DNA from: Candidatus Methanoperedenaceae archaeon
Lineage (GTDB): Archaea > Halobacteriota > Methanosarcinia > Methanosarcinales > Methanoperedenaceae
Length of the DNA stretch: 64,000 bases
Direction: 5' to 3'
NCBI GenBank assembly: GCA_963753595.1
Contig: CAVWCX010000023.1
Span: forward strand, 1-64,000
Every line of letters begins with the position of its first letter. Positions within the stretch are counted from its first letter, which is position 1. The notes beneath the pieces were generated by a model. The model was not told the DNA's origin. It saw only the letters and a program-made list of their open reading frames with translations, and ran no database searches. This document shows positions 1 through 8,961 of this stretch, piece by piece. The position numbers and the translations under genes were made by a program.

Positions 1-250
1 GCAGTCCAATACGCTTCCAGTTAGGAACAATTGTATAACGGTCGATCATGCCGTCATCCTGCATGGTTCGCGTGTGATACGCCACTGAATTCCCGTCCTT
101 GAAATTCATTATTTTTGCAAGTTCGGCATTGGTCATTTTGCTGTCCTGGAGCAATTCCAGAAGAATGAACATATCAGTTTCATCCAGGCGCGAGACTTCG
201 GAGATTATTTGAGCAATTTTCTTGATCCTATCTGTAGCAATTCCATCCAT
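1..250 (-). CDS. Lrp/AsnC family transcriptional regulator (runs off the window edge)
   Basis: Manual translation from ATG at 250: MDGIATDRIKKIAQIISEVSRLDETDMFILLELLQDSKMTNAELAKIMNF...GMIDRYTIVPNWKRIGL, a typical Lrp HTH pattern. Confidence 0.8.
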   Translation of the reverse strand, partial: MDGIATDRIKKIAQIISEVSRLDETDMFILLELLQDSKMTNAELAKIMNFKDGNSVAYHTRTMQDDGMIDRYTIVPNWKRIGL

Positions 251-335
251 TATAATCAACTACAACAATTATTCGCTTTACTGAAATAACTTTCGATAAA
301 CAAAAAAAAAGCAGGAATTTCAATATGCCAGTTTT

Positions 336-2519
336 TCACTGGTATATGAAATTCTCAGATATTTTCGTATATTTCTCCAGTTCTTTCTTCGAATGCGGTT
401 TCACTTTCGTCATCGCATCCCTGAAATTATGATAGCCCACTTTCAATTGCTTTATGGACTCATCATCAGTTGGTTTTCCTGAAACCACATATTCCCTGAT
501 AGCCAGTATCGTAGCCTCATTGCATACAGATGCAATGTCAGCCCCGGTGAAACCTTCGGTATCATCTGAAAGCGTTTCAAGGTCAACATCGCCATCAAGT
601 GGCGTCTTTGCGGTATGGACTTTGAATATCTCAAGCCGTGAATCCCTGTCAGGGGGCGTTATGTAGATCAGCCGGTCGATCCTTCCAGGCCGAAGAAGCG
701 CAGGGTCAATGATATCCGGCCTGTTGGTCGCTGCAATTACCGTAATGCTGTGCATCTCTTCAAGCCCGTCTATCTCCGAAAGCATCTGGCTTATAACCCT
801 CTCTGTCACATGGGAATCCGACCCCGAACCTCTTGTCTGGGCTATTGAATCGATCTCATCAAAGAAAACGATACAAGGCGCTGCCTGTTTTGCTTTCCTG
901 AATGTTTCCCGGATGGCTTTTTCGCTTTCTCCGACCCATTTGCTCATGAATTCCGGCCCTTTCACACTTATGAAATTTGCCTCGCTTTCCGTAGCTACCG
1001 CTTTTGCAAGCAGGGTCTTTCCTGTTCCCGGCGGGCCATAAAGCAGTATCCCTTTTGGCGGTCTTGCCCCGGTCTGCTTGAACAGGTTCGGGTATTTCAT
1101 CGGCCACTCAACTGCTTCTTTTAATTCCTGTTTTGCATCAGGAAGCCCGCCAATATCGCTCCAGTGGATATTCGGGGATTCAATGAATACTTCACGAAGA
1201 GCTGATGGTGTCATCTCCCGCAGTGCATTTGTAAAGTCCTCTCCTGTAACTACCAGCCTGTTAAGGATATCTGCGGGGATGCTCTGAACTTCAAGGTCAA
1301 GCTCAGGAAGCAAACGCCTGATAGCATTCATGGCAGCCTCCCGTGTCAGGGCAGCAAGGTCTGCGCCCACGAAACCGTGCGAAAGATCTGCTATCCTGTC
1401 AAGTTTCACGTCATCGCCCATAGGCATTCCCCTGGTATGTATCTGCATTATCTCAAAACGGGCTTTCCTGTTCGGGACTCCGATCTCGATCTCACGGTCA
1501 AACCTGCCAGGGCGGCGAAGTGCGGGGTCAAGAGCATTTGGCCTGTTCGTGGCTCCAATTACCACGACTTTCCCGCGGGCTTTAAGGCCATCCATTACAG
1601 CAAGCAGCTGCGCTACAACGCGCCGCTCCACTTCCCCTGTGACTTCTTCTCTTTTAGGGGCGATACTGTCTATCTCATCTATTAATATAATACTTGGAGC
1701 ATTCTCTTCTGCCTGCTGGAATATATCCCTCAGCTTCTCTTCGGATTCTCCATAGAATTTACTCATTATTTCAGGCCCGGAAAGAGTAAGGAAATTTGCA
1801 TTTGTTTCCGAGGCAAGAGCTTTTGCAAGCATGGTTTTCCCGGTGCCTGGAGGCCCATGCAATAGAACCCCTTTTGGAGCCTCTACTCCGAGACGTTCAA
1901 AAAGTTCAGGATGCCGCAAAGGGAGTTCGATCATTTCCCTGACTTTCCTTACCTCATCCCCGAGTCCGCCAATATCTTCATACGAGACCCTGGGAATAGA
2001 AGGCATCTCTTTAGCCGGCTTATCGCTGATCTCTATTACCGTATTCCCGCCGATAATCACAGAGTCAGAAACCGGCTTTATAGACACGACCACAAGGTCA
2101 ACGCGCCGGCCCATTATATTTAATTCAACTACATCCCCGCGGGTAATTACGCGCCCTTCAAGGTTATGGGCAAGATAAGCCTCACCCCCCTGGATCTTTA
2201 ATGGCTGTGTGGGTGAGAACAGGATTTTTTCGGCAGGCGCAGTATGGATTTTTCGGATATTTACCCTGTCATCGATACTCACTCCTGCATTTCTCCGTAC
2301 GGTTCCGTCAATTCGTATTAATCCCGAATTGCTGTCCTCAGGATAACCAGGCCATACAAGTGCAGCCGTCCTTTTAGTCCCTTCGATACCTATGACATCT
2401 CCGGTCTGCAAACCCAGTTCATAAGCCACTTCAGGGTCGATCCTGGCAATACCGCGTCCTGCATCGTAGGATTTTGCTTCAATGACCTTGAGATTTACAG
2501 TTTTGTCTTTCTTATCCAT
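336..2519 (-). CDS. cdc48: CDC48/VAT family AAA+ ATPase
   Basis: 727 aa; N-domain followed by two AAA modules (GPPGTGKT twice, [12 protein letters not shown] and LLRPGRID). Confidence 0.97.
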   Translation of the reverse strand: MDKKDKTVNLKVIEAKSYDAGRGIARIDPEVAYELGLQTGDVIGIEGTKRTAALVWPGYPEDSNSGLIRIDGTVRRNAGVSIDDRVNIRKIHTAPAEKILFSPTQPLKIQGGEAYLAHNLEGRVITRGDVVELNIMGRRVDLVVVSIKPVSDSVIIGGNTVIEISDKPAKEMPSIPRVSYEDIGGLGDEVRKVREMIELPLRHPELFERLGVEAPKGVLLHGPPGTGKTMLAKALASETNANFLTLSGPEIMSKFYGESEEKLRDIFQQAEENAPSIILIDEIDSIAPKREEVTGEVERRVVAQLLAVMDGLKARGKVVVIGATNRPNALDPALRRPGRFDREIEIGVPNRKARFEIMQIHTRGMPMGDDVKLDRIADLSHGFVGADLAALTREAAMNAIRRLLPELDLEVQSIPADILNRLVVTGEDFTNALREMTPSALREVFIESPNIHWSDIGGLPDAKQELKEAVEWPMKYPNLFKQTGARPPKGILLYGPPGTGKTLLAKAVATESEANFISVKGPEFMSKWVGESEKAIRETFRKAKQAAPCIVFFDEIDSIAQTRGSGSDSHVTERVISQMLSEIDGLEEMHSITVIAATNRPDIIDPALLRPGRIDRLIYITPPDRDSRLEIFKVHTAKTPLDGDVDLETLSDDTEGFTGADIASVCNEATILAIREYVVSGKPTDDESIKQLKVGYHNFRDAMTKVKPHSKKELEKYTKISENFIYQ

Positions 2520-2562
2520 ATTTCCCTTTTTATTAATCTATTTTCTAATATGTTCCATCCAT

Positions 2563-3057
2563 TTATTCGATCTTTATCGACTTTACGTCCCGTTTCAAAT
2601 TGTCTTTGAATTTAAAAGTTACTTCAAGAACCCCATTATTGTACTTCGCAGCTGCGCTGTCAGGATCAACAGGAACTGGTGTTTTTATGAACTTGTAATA
2701 TTTCCTTTCATTGCTACCTGCTTTGATAATAACTTCTTTTTCGGTCGCATTGAGTTCGATCTCTTCTTTGTTTATCCCGGGCATTTCAGCCGTAATATTA
2801 AATTCATTCTTTTTTTCATCGATCAACGAGCTTGTGAATGGCTCCCTGACATCCCGGTCTTTACCAACAGGCAAAACATTTCCGAAACGCTCCACATGCG
2901 GTATTCCGTCAGGTCCGACCTGCATGCTAAAACCATAAACTTGCGGCTCTTTTCCCATGGATTGCATCATGCGGTTGACCAGGTCGTTCATCTGCTCGAT
3001 TTCTTTTTCAAATTCATTGAAAAATCCCTTTTCTGTCTTTCTCCAATCTCTTTCCAT
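2563..3057 (-). CDS. hsp20: Small heat-shock protein Hsp20
   Basis: Alpha-crystallin motifs AEMPG and A.YNNGVLEV; archaeal YGFSM..GPDG motif. Confidence 0.93.
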   Translation of the reverse strand: MERDWRKTEKGFFNEFEKEIEQMNDLVNRMMQSMGKEPQVYGFSMQVGPDGIPHVERFGNVLPVGKDRDVREPFTSSLIDEKKNEFNITAEMPGINKEEIELNATEKEVIIKAGSNERKYYKFIKTPVPVDPDSAAAKYNNGVLEVTFKFKDNLKRDVKSIKIE

Positions 3058-3098
3058 ATTTTTCCTCTTTTTTTTTATTTTTTATATATTTATATTCT

Positions 3099-3731
3099 TT
3101 AGCCTATTATATAATTATTATTGTCTCTTTTAATGATTTCTTTTCGTTCCATTCTTGCAATATATTCCTCTATCACATATTCAGGAATTCCAAGCTGCAT
3201 GGACAAAACGCGTGCGTTCGTCGGGCCTTTTAACAGGGCATAGAGTATTTCCGCCTCAATATTATCTTGCGCTGTATCCTCGATGGCATCCATGTAATGT
3301 CCCATCGCTTCTGTTATGTTTCCCTGGATATCCTGGTACTCCTGCATTAATTGCTGTCTCTTTTCTATGAGCCCCTGTATCTGGCCGTAAAGCGATTTTA
3401 AGCTCATAATCACTTCCGGGTCTGCTGGAGCATGCTCTTTTGGCGCAGGAAAGGCGGCAGTAGTAATCTCAACCTCAAATGAATAAGGCGACACAAACAC
3501 TTCCAGACGGAGGTTGTCTGTTATATGAAAGTATTTGCGCCGTTGTTCATCTACGTTGGCTTCTATCAGACCTGCCTGCTCGAGGAGCAGAAGGTGCCCG
3601 AGTATTGCCTTTGCGCCTACGTCAAGCCTTTCTGCTATTTCGCTCATATAGCATGGGCGGCTTGCCAGAAGGTGCAGGATCTTCCTTCTGTTTTCATTTC
3701 CAAGTATGTCTAACAGTTGTGCTGATTCCAT
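3099..3731 (-). CDS. ArsR-type heat-shock regulator (HSR1/Phr-like)
   Basis: N-terminal wHTH (LDILGNENRRKIL...HL..LEQAGLIE...RRKYF); first gene of the regulator-hsp20-cdc48 operon. Confidence 0.85.
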   Translation of the reverse strand: MESAQLLDILGNENRRKILHLLASRPCYMSEIAERLDVGAKAILGHLLLLEQAGLIEANVDEQRRKYFHITDNLRLEVFVSPYSFEVEITTAAFPAPKEHAPADPEVIMSLKSLYGQIQGLIEKRQQLMQEYQDIQGNITEAMGHYMDAIEDTAQDNIEAEILYALLKGPTNARVLSMQLGIPEYVIEEYIARMERKEIIKRDNNNYIIG

Positions 3732-3748
3732 GTTTATGTTTCACCCCG

Positions 3749-3783
3749 AGTTAGTGACTTGAGGTTACTAACTTTAAGTTAGT
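3749..3783. promoter_or_regulatory. HSR1-type operator CTAAC-N5-GTTAG with an overlapping inverted repeat
   Basis: CTAAC TTTAA GTTAG at 3768-3782 and AGTTAGTGAC...GTTACTAACT at 3749-3773, just upstream of the regulator start. Confidence 0.75.
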
Positions 3784-3901
3784 GATTATTGTATATATAC
3801 TTTATGGAAGTATGATTATGGTGCAGAGTCCTGAAATTATTTTCCAGAACAATTTCAAAAACCTTATAAACGAACCCAGCGAAATTCCGGTGTGATCAAA
3901 T

Positions 3902-4729
3902 ATGGTCGTTAAAGTAGGTTTTATTAAACTTGGAAATCTTGGAACCTCACAGGTGATAGATCTATTACTTGATGAGATAGCAGCGAGAGAGGGAATAGCA
4001 GTCCGTGTATTCGGAACCGGTGCAAAGATGGGGAAGGAGGAAGCGGCAGAAACGGCATCTTTCAAGAATTGGGGGCCGAATTTTGTTGTTATGATAAGTC
4101 CCAACTCAAGCGCGCCAGGCCCGACGGCAGCACGTGATGTCTGGAAGGATACACCAACAATAGTGGTATCCGACGGCCCCACAAAGAAAGAGGACAGGGA
4201 AAAACTGGAGCAGGCAGGCTTTGGTTATATGATCCTTCCTGTTGATCCGTTGATCGGAGCAAAAAGGGAATTCCTTGACTGCGTTGAGATGGCTACCTTC
4301 AATACTGATGCTTTAAAGGTATTATCTATATGCGGCGCAATAAGGCTTGTCCAGACCGAGATCGACAAAGTGATAGACCAGGTAGCAGCAGGTACAAAAC
4401 CACTTGTGCTCCCCAAGATCCTTGCAAAACCTGAGAAATGTGTGGAGAGCGCAGGATTCAACAATCCATACGCTAAGGCAAAAGCCCTGGCAGCCCTGCA
4501 CATAGCCACCAAGGTCGCAGAGATCGACTTCCCGGCATGCTTTGTTTTAAAAGAGGTAGATCAGGTAGCCACAGCAGCAGCAGCAGGTCATGAAGCCATG
4601 CGCGCAGCAGCAAGACTTGCTGATGAAGCCCGCGAAATGGAAAAGGCAAATGACTCAGTGCTAAGAAAGCCGCATGCAAAAGATGGCAGATTGTTGGCCA
4701 AGACAAAACTCCTGGAGAAACCCCAATAA
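3902..4729 (+). CDS. mtd: F420-dependent methylene-H4MPT dehydrogenase
   Basis: MVVKVGFIKLGNLGTS, SPN..APGP, IGAKREFLD..EM..FN and A.AGHE motifs of Mtd; 275 aa. Confidence 0.95.
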   Translation: MVVKVGFIKLGNLGTSQVIDLLLDEIAAREGIAVRVFGTGAKMGKEEAAETASFKNWGPNFVVMISPNSSAPGPTAARDVWKDTPTIVVSDGPTKKEDREKLEQAGFGYMILPVDPLIGAKREFLDCVEMATFNTDALKVLSICGAIRLVQTEIDKVIDQVAAGTKPLVLPKILAKPEKCVESAGFNNPYAKAKALAALHIATKVAEIDFPACFVLKEVDQVATAAAAGHEAMRAAARLADEAREMEKANDSVLRKPHAKDGRLLAKTKLLEKPQ

Positions 4730-4776
4730 AGCGAACCACAGCAGGGTTGTGAGAAATAGAAAATAAAACATCCTGT

Positions 4777-4808
4777 CAGGAAGCATTTTTGCTTCCTGCT
4801 TTTTTTTT
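4777..4808 (+). terminator. Hairpin plus T-tract terminator after mtd
   Basis: CAGGAAGCA-TTTT-TGCTTCCTG followed by a T run. Confidence 0.65.
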
Positions 4809-4850
4809 AAGTGTTATATTTAAAAAAGCAGAAATAGAAACGAAATCGAT

Positions 4851-5156
4851 TTAACTTCTATCCTCTTTGGCATTTCTTAAATAATAATAAACTGCTTTTG
4901 AAATTGCTTCCCTTACATGCGCTTCTCTTGTTTTCACTTTCAGCGCAATAATATCATCCTGTGGAAAAATTGATTGAACATGAACCAGGTTTTTTGGTTC
5001 GTTCCCGTCCCCTGATAAACTGCCTGGATTATCTTTATTAATATTATCATTTTTTAGAAGCATTCCATTTCTTCGCATCTCTTTTTCGGCCTTTCGCTTT
5101 TGTTTTTCCCGTTCTTCGATCATTTTAATGGCAGTTATAAGTTTCATAATTTTCAA
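4851..5156 (-). CDS. Small protein, paralog of 7550-7756 (DUF5371-like, possible ribbon-helix-helix)
   Basis: C-terminal HVQSIFPQDDIIALKVKTREAHVREAISKAVYYYL aligns with HAQTVLTEEDIEALKQKTGETSTKDAIAKAVSHYL. Confidence 0.6.
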   Translation of the reverse strand: MKIMKLITAIKMIEEREKQKRKAEKEMRRNGMLLKNDNINKDNPGSLSGDGNEPKNLVHVQSIFPQDDIIALKVKTREAHVREAISKAVYYYLRNAKEDRS

Positions 5157-5406
5157 CCCGGTCAGATTATATCATAATAATAAGTATCATGATTTCACAA
5201 ACATAAAAAGATGCTTCACACGAAAAGGCCACGATATAATTTTAAAAAATAGTATAAATATAGATATTAATAATGAAATCCAAAACAAGAGATGTTGTCC
5301 AAAAGTCTGGTGTTGGGGGTCTATCATGAAATATTCAAAAATAAGAACGCAAATAAAAAGAGTATCATTCACAAGTAAATTAAGTTTAATCTGTTGAATG
5401 AGGAAC

Positions 5407-5488
5407 CGTTCAATCCATGTTAAACTCCGCCATCGGCGGCGCCTCACCGGGGTCTGGGGTCGCAACCCCAGCGCGCTGAGATTGAACG
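5407..5488. repeat. GC-rich nested inverted-repeat element (REP/MITE-like or structured RNA)
   Basis: Outer pair CGTTCAATC/GATTGAACG; inner hairpins CCGCC-ATC-GGCGG and CTGGGGT-CGCA-ACCCCAG; AT-rich flanks. Confidence 0.5.
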
Positions 5489-5609
5489 AAAGTGTTTATA
5501 GTACGCTCATTTGCGTTTACCTGCGGTTTTATTGATTCTAACAATAACCAACAGATATTACACCCACAAATAAGAGATATGCATTTTAACCCACCCCAAC
5601 AGGAATAAT

Positions 5610-5918
5610 TTATATTTTGATCTGTTCCGGTAAAAATCCTTTCTTAATAAGAACTTCCTTCATCCTGCTTTTATGATTTCCCTGAAGTTCTATAACATTA
5701 TCTTTTATAGTACCACCGCATGCGAATTTGGATTTAAGATAAGATGTTAATTCCTGCAAATTAATCTCGCTTGGATTAAGACCATCGATCACAGTTACTT
5801 CTTTTTTATATTTGCGTGTATCTACCTTAATCACTATTCTTTGTTGTTCTTTTGCTACTTCTTCGCAGATGCAAAGCTCTTTTGGCAAACCGCATACAGC
5901 ACACATTTCTGAACTCAT
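5610..5918 (-). CDS. Translation initiation factor aIF1 (SUI1/YciH)
   Basis: [25 protein letters not shown] and IELQG signatures. Confidence 0.95.
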   Translation of the reverse strand: MSSEMCAVCGLPKELCICEEVAKEQQRIVIKVDTRKYKKEVTVIDGLNPSEINLQELTSYLKSKFACGGTIKDNVIELQGNHKSRMKEVLIKKGFLPEQIKI

Positions 5919-5974
5919 TTATTGGATTAATACCTCCATTCTTATATTACACAAGATTGTTATATAGCTACTTG

Positions 5975-6331
5975 ATGCTTCCCGTATTAAAATATAATGG
6001 TTTAGTGATAGCGAAAAACATTGAGATTGCACGAACAATGGCAAAACAGGTCATGGGATTGATGTTCCGGGGAAGTATCCCCCCGGATTATTCAATGATA
6101 TTTATCTTAAAAAAAACATCCGAGGTCAATGTTCACATGCTCTTTGTATTTTTCCCGATCGATGTAATATTCTTGAATAACGAAAAAAAAGTCATGGGCT
6201 TTTCCAGATTAAAACCCTGGGTCGGATATAAAGCAATGAAGGACATCAAGTATGTTCTTGAAATGAAAGCAGGAACAATCGATAAGTTCAATCTGTCTGA
6301 AGGTGGACAAATGGAATTTGATGAGAATTGA
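5975..6331 (+). CDS. DUF192 family protein
   Basis: GLMFR, VHMLFVFFPIDVIFL and YVLEM.AG motifs; start placed at ATG 5975. Confidence 0.85.
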   Translation: MLPVLKYNGLVIAKNIEIARTMAKQVMGLMFRGSIPPDYSMIFILKKTSEVNVHMLFVFFPIDVIFLNNEKKVMGFSRLKPWVGYKAMKDIKYVLEMKAGTIDKFNLSEGGQMEFDEN

Positions 6332-6336
6332 ATAAA

Positions 6337-6415
6337 TAGAACATTATAGAACATTAATAAATTAATAAAACATTAATAGAACATTAATAGAACATTAATA
6401 AAACAAAAGAACATT
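6337..6415 (+). repeat. Degenerate 10-11 bp tandem repeat (AGAACATTAAT) upstream of endA
   Basis: Several copies of (T)AGAACATTA(A)T / AAAACATTAAT fill the intergenic gap. Confidence 0.75.
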
Positions 6416-7507
6416 ATGACACTCAAAGGAAAATTAACAGGGGATATTGTATTACTTGAAAAAAATGCAATTGAAGAATTGCATAATAAGAGTTATTACG
6501 GGCGCCCTAAAGGTGACAAACTGGAAGTTTCTCTTACCGAAAGCGCCTATCTTATTTACATGGGAAAAATAATAGTTGAAATTGAAGGAAAAGAGACTGG
6601 TTTTGAAGACTTCTTCCTGAAAGCTTCATCACTATTTAAAAATTTTGAATTGTTTTATATCGTTTATAAAGATATGAGGGAACGCGGATATTATGTCCAG
6701 CCAGGAGTAACTGGCTTTCGTGTTTATCCCCGTGGTGGACACCCCGGGAAAACACCGGCTGAATTTTTCATATTTGTAACCTCAGAAAGGATACCCCTGT
6801 TGCTATCCCAGTTAAGGACTCATCTTGGGACAGTCGAAAACCTTAAAAAACGCCTGGTTCTTGCTATAGTTGACGAAGAAAGTGATATTACATATTACGA
6901 GGTGAAAAAAACCATCCCGACAGGCACTTATGAATTAAGATTGGGTAAAAAACTGACAACTGCAATCCTGCTTGAAGACAGGGTAATGGTCTGGAACCCG
7001 GATGCTTCCCTGGCACTCCAGAAAGATGGGTTTTATGGTAAACCGATGGATGAAGGTCATCTGCAATTATCGCTCATTGAATCATGTTATCTATTAAAAA
7101 AAGGGATACTGGACATTGAGAACAGGAACAAGGAACTGCTTGATTTTGATAGTTTTTCAAAATCAGCTTCCCATATAGAATCAAATTTCATGATGAAATA
7201 TTCTGTTTATGAAAAATTAAGGAATGACGGGCTTGTTCCCAAGACAGGATTCAAATTCGGGACACACTTTCGGGTCTATAAGAAAATTGAAAAGATTGAG
7301 CAAAACGAGAACTATGAGAAAAATGAAGATAAGATAAAAATGCCCCATTCAGATTATCTGGTCCATGCAATAGAAGAGGATCATGTTTTTTCGCTGCAGC
7401 AGCTTTCACGCGCAGTGCGCCTGGCCAACAGCGTGAGAAAAGAAATGATTTTCGGTACAGTCGATTCGCATGTGGATTTTATTATAATCGGGCGAATGCG
7501 ACTGTAA
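6416..7507 (+). CDS. endA: tRNA-splicing endonuclease, alpha2 (tandem-duplicated) type
   Basis: Two EndA repeats; catalytic unit VPKTGFKFGTHFRVY...H...RLANSVRK. Confidence 0.93.
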   Translation: MTLKGKLTGDIVLLEKNAIEELHNKSYYGRPKGDKLEVSLTESAYLIYMGKIIVEIEGKETGFEDFFLKASSLFKNFELFYIVYKDMRERGYYVQPGVTGFRVYPRGGHPGKTPAEFFIFVTSERIPLLLSQLRTHLGTVENLKKRLVLAIVDEESDITYYEVKKTIPTGTYELRLGKKLTTAILLEDRVMVWNPDASLALQKDGFYGKPMDEGHLQLSLIESCYLLKKGILDIENRNKELLDFDSFSKSASHIESNFMMKYSVYEKLRNDGLVPKTGFKFGTHFRVYKKIEKIEQNENYEKNEDKIKMPHSDYLVHAIEEDHVFSLQQLSRAVRLANSVRKEMIFGTVDSHVDFIIIGRMRL

Positions 7508-7549
7508 CCAGGATTTCACTATTTTACAATAAACTCTATAGATATTTCC

Positions 7550-7756
7550 TTATTCTTCTTCTTCTTTCTGTTTTCTTTTTACTACTTTTTCGAGCTTCTT
7601 AGCCCACATATCCTCTACTTTAGTATATTCACACTCAAGATAATGAGAAACTGCTTTTGCAATTGCATCCTTTGTGCTTGTTTCCCCTGTTTTTTGCTTA
7701 AGGGCTTCAATATCCTCTTCTGTAAGAACTGTTTGTGCGTGCATTATTTTTGCCAT
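7550..7756 (-). CDS. Small conserved protein (DUF5371-like)
   Basis: MAKIMHAQTVLTEEDIEALK...; start at ATG 7756 after an AGGAG Shine-Dalgarno. Confidence 0.7.
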   Translation of the reverse strand: MAKIMHAQTVLTEEDIEALKQKTGETSTKDAIAKAVSHYLECEYTKVEDMWAKKLEKVVKRKQKEEEE

Positions 7757-7869
7757 TTTATAACTCCTTGAAAAAAAAAGCAATGCCACAACATATACGG
7801 CATACTTTTAATTATTACATCATTATCATAGGAAAGTATTTAAACATTACTGATGAAAAAATAAAAATA

Positions 7870-8895
7870 CTATGGTTTAGACCGGATTCTCCTTAAGATC
7901 ATGAAATAACTCATAATGATGAAAATAAGGCTAATTGCTCCAAAACCAGGGGTTTTGTTATTTTCTTGCGTTCCTTCCGTGGGCTTCTCTGTAGTTTTGA
8001 TTTCGGTCTTTCCTGAAGAAGCAAAACTCTTTTCAGCAAGATTCAATTCGTCGCTGGCATATCCGATCAGTTCAAGGGCAGATGCATCATCTTTTTTCCA
8101 GAATGAAGATAGAGCTGAATTTGCATTATTTGTATTATAATCTTCGGCTTGCTTAAGGTGCGCTTCTGCTTCCCCGACATTCATATCCTTTGTTTTTGCT
8201 TCTTTTATTTGCCTGGATAATATCTTTGACCTTTCATCCATATCGGCTATTTTTGTCAGGATTTCCGAATAGGTTCCTTTCAGGACAATGATGTCCTTAA
8301 AATGCAGATTTTCAGGGGTCCATGTTGGAACCATTTGACTATTCTGGAAAAGTATCCTGAATGGTTTGGGTGTTACTGATGCCACTTCAATTCCTTTTGG
8401 CAGGAATACCTGACCCCTGAGATCTGCGTCCTGAGTAATCCCGATCTCCTGAGTTTTACCGGATATTATTGCCTGCGGCATATCCGTGGGGATTTCAATT
8501 GAATAATCCCGGTCTACTTTCCTGGCAAAATTCTCCGCCTTAAAACCAATACGTCCGCTCCATGTTTCACCTGTTTTTATTGATGAATTGAAATTCACGA
8601 TCAATTTTATTCCGTTTTTCACGATTTGCTGTTCTACTACCTGGCCTTTTGAACTGAAGGTATGGTCAAAATCGTATATCACTTCTATCTTCGATGCCGG
8701 GACAATGAAGGAAATGCCATCAAGGGGCGTTGGGCCGCTATTTCCCACCTCAGCCTGTATGAGTTCTTCCACAAGACCGTCTTCATTCACTGTTACGTTC
8801 AAGACCCAGCGGTTAATGCTTATATCTCCTGCTGATGCCGGAAAAGCCATCAACAAGATAATAATTAAATAAACAAGAATTTTTTGTAAGGACAT
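7870..8895 (-). CDS. Secreted PGF-CTERM (archaeosortase-anchored) surface protein
   Basis: Signal peptide; C-terminal TPGF, TM helix, then RRIR. Confidence 0.85.
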   Translation of the reverse strand: MSLQKILVYLIIILLMAFPASAGDISINRWVLNVTVNEDGLVEELIQAEVGNSGPTPLDGISFIVPASKIEVIYDFDHTFSSKGQVVEQQIVKNGIKLIVNFNSSIKTGETWSGRIGFKAENFARKVDRDYSIEIPTDMPQAIISGKTQEIGITQDADLRGQVFLPKGIEVASVTPKPFRILFQNSQMVPTWTPENLHFKDIIVLKGTYSEILTKIADMDERSKILSRQIKEAKTKDMNVGEAEAHLKQAEDYNTNNANSALSSFWKKDDASALELIGYASDELNLAEKSFASSGKTEIKTTEKPTEGTQENNKTPGFGAISLIFIIMSYFMILRRIRSKP

Positions 8896-8961
8896 ATAAT
8901 ATCTCCAATCTATTCTTGACTTTTAAAACTAATAACGTTTGCGTTCTGTAAATAATTTTTG

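Noticed and set aside
5187-5465. 92-aa minus-strand ORF and the overlapping 89-aa plus-strand ORF
   Set aside because: Neither has a recognisable motif or ribosome-binding site. The minus-strand one starts inside the palindromic element, so both are probably spurious.
6337-6415. CRISPR array
   Set aside because: The units are 10-11 bp with no spacers. No CRISPR array or cas genes were seen anywhere in the window.
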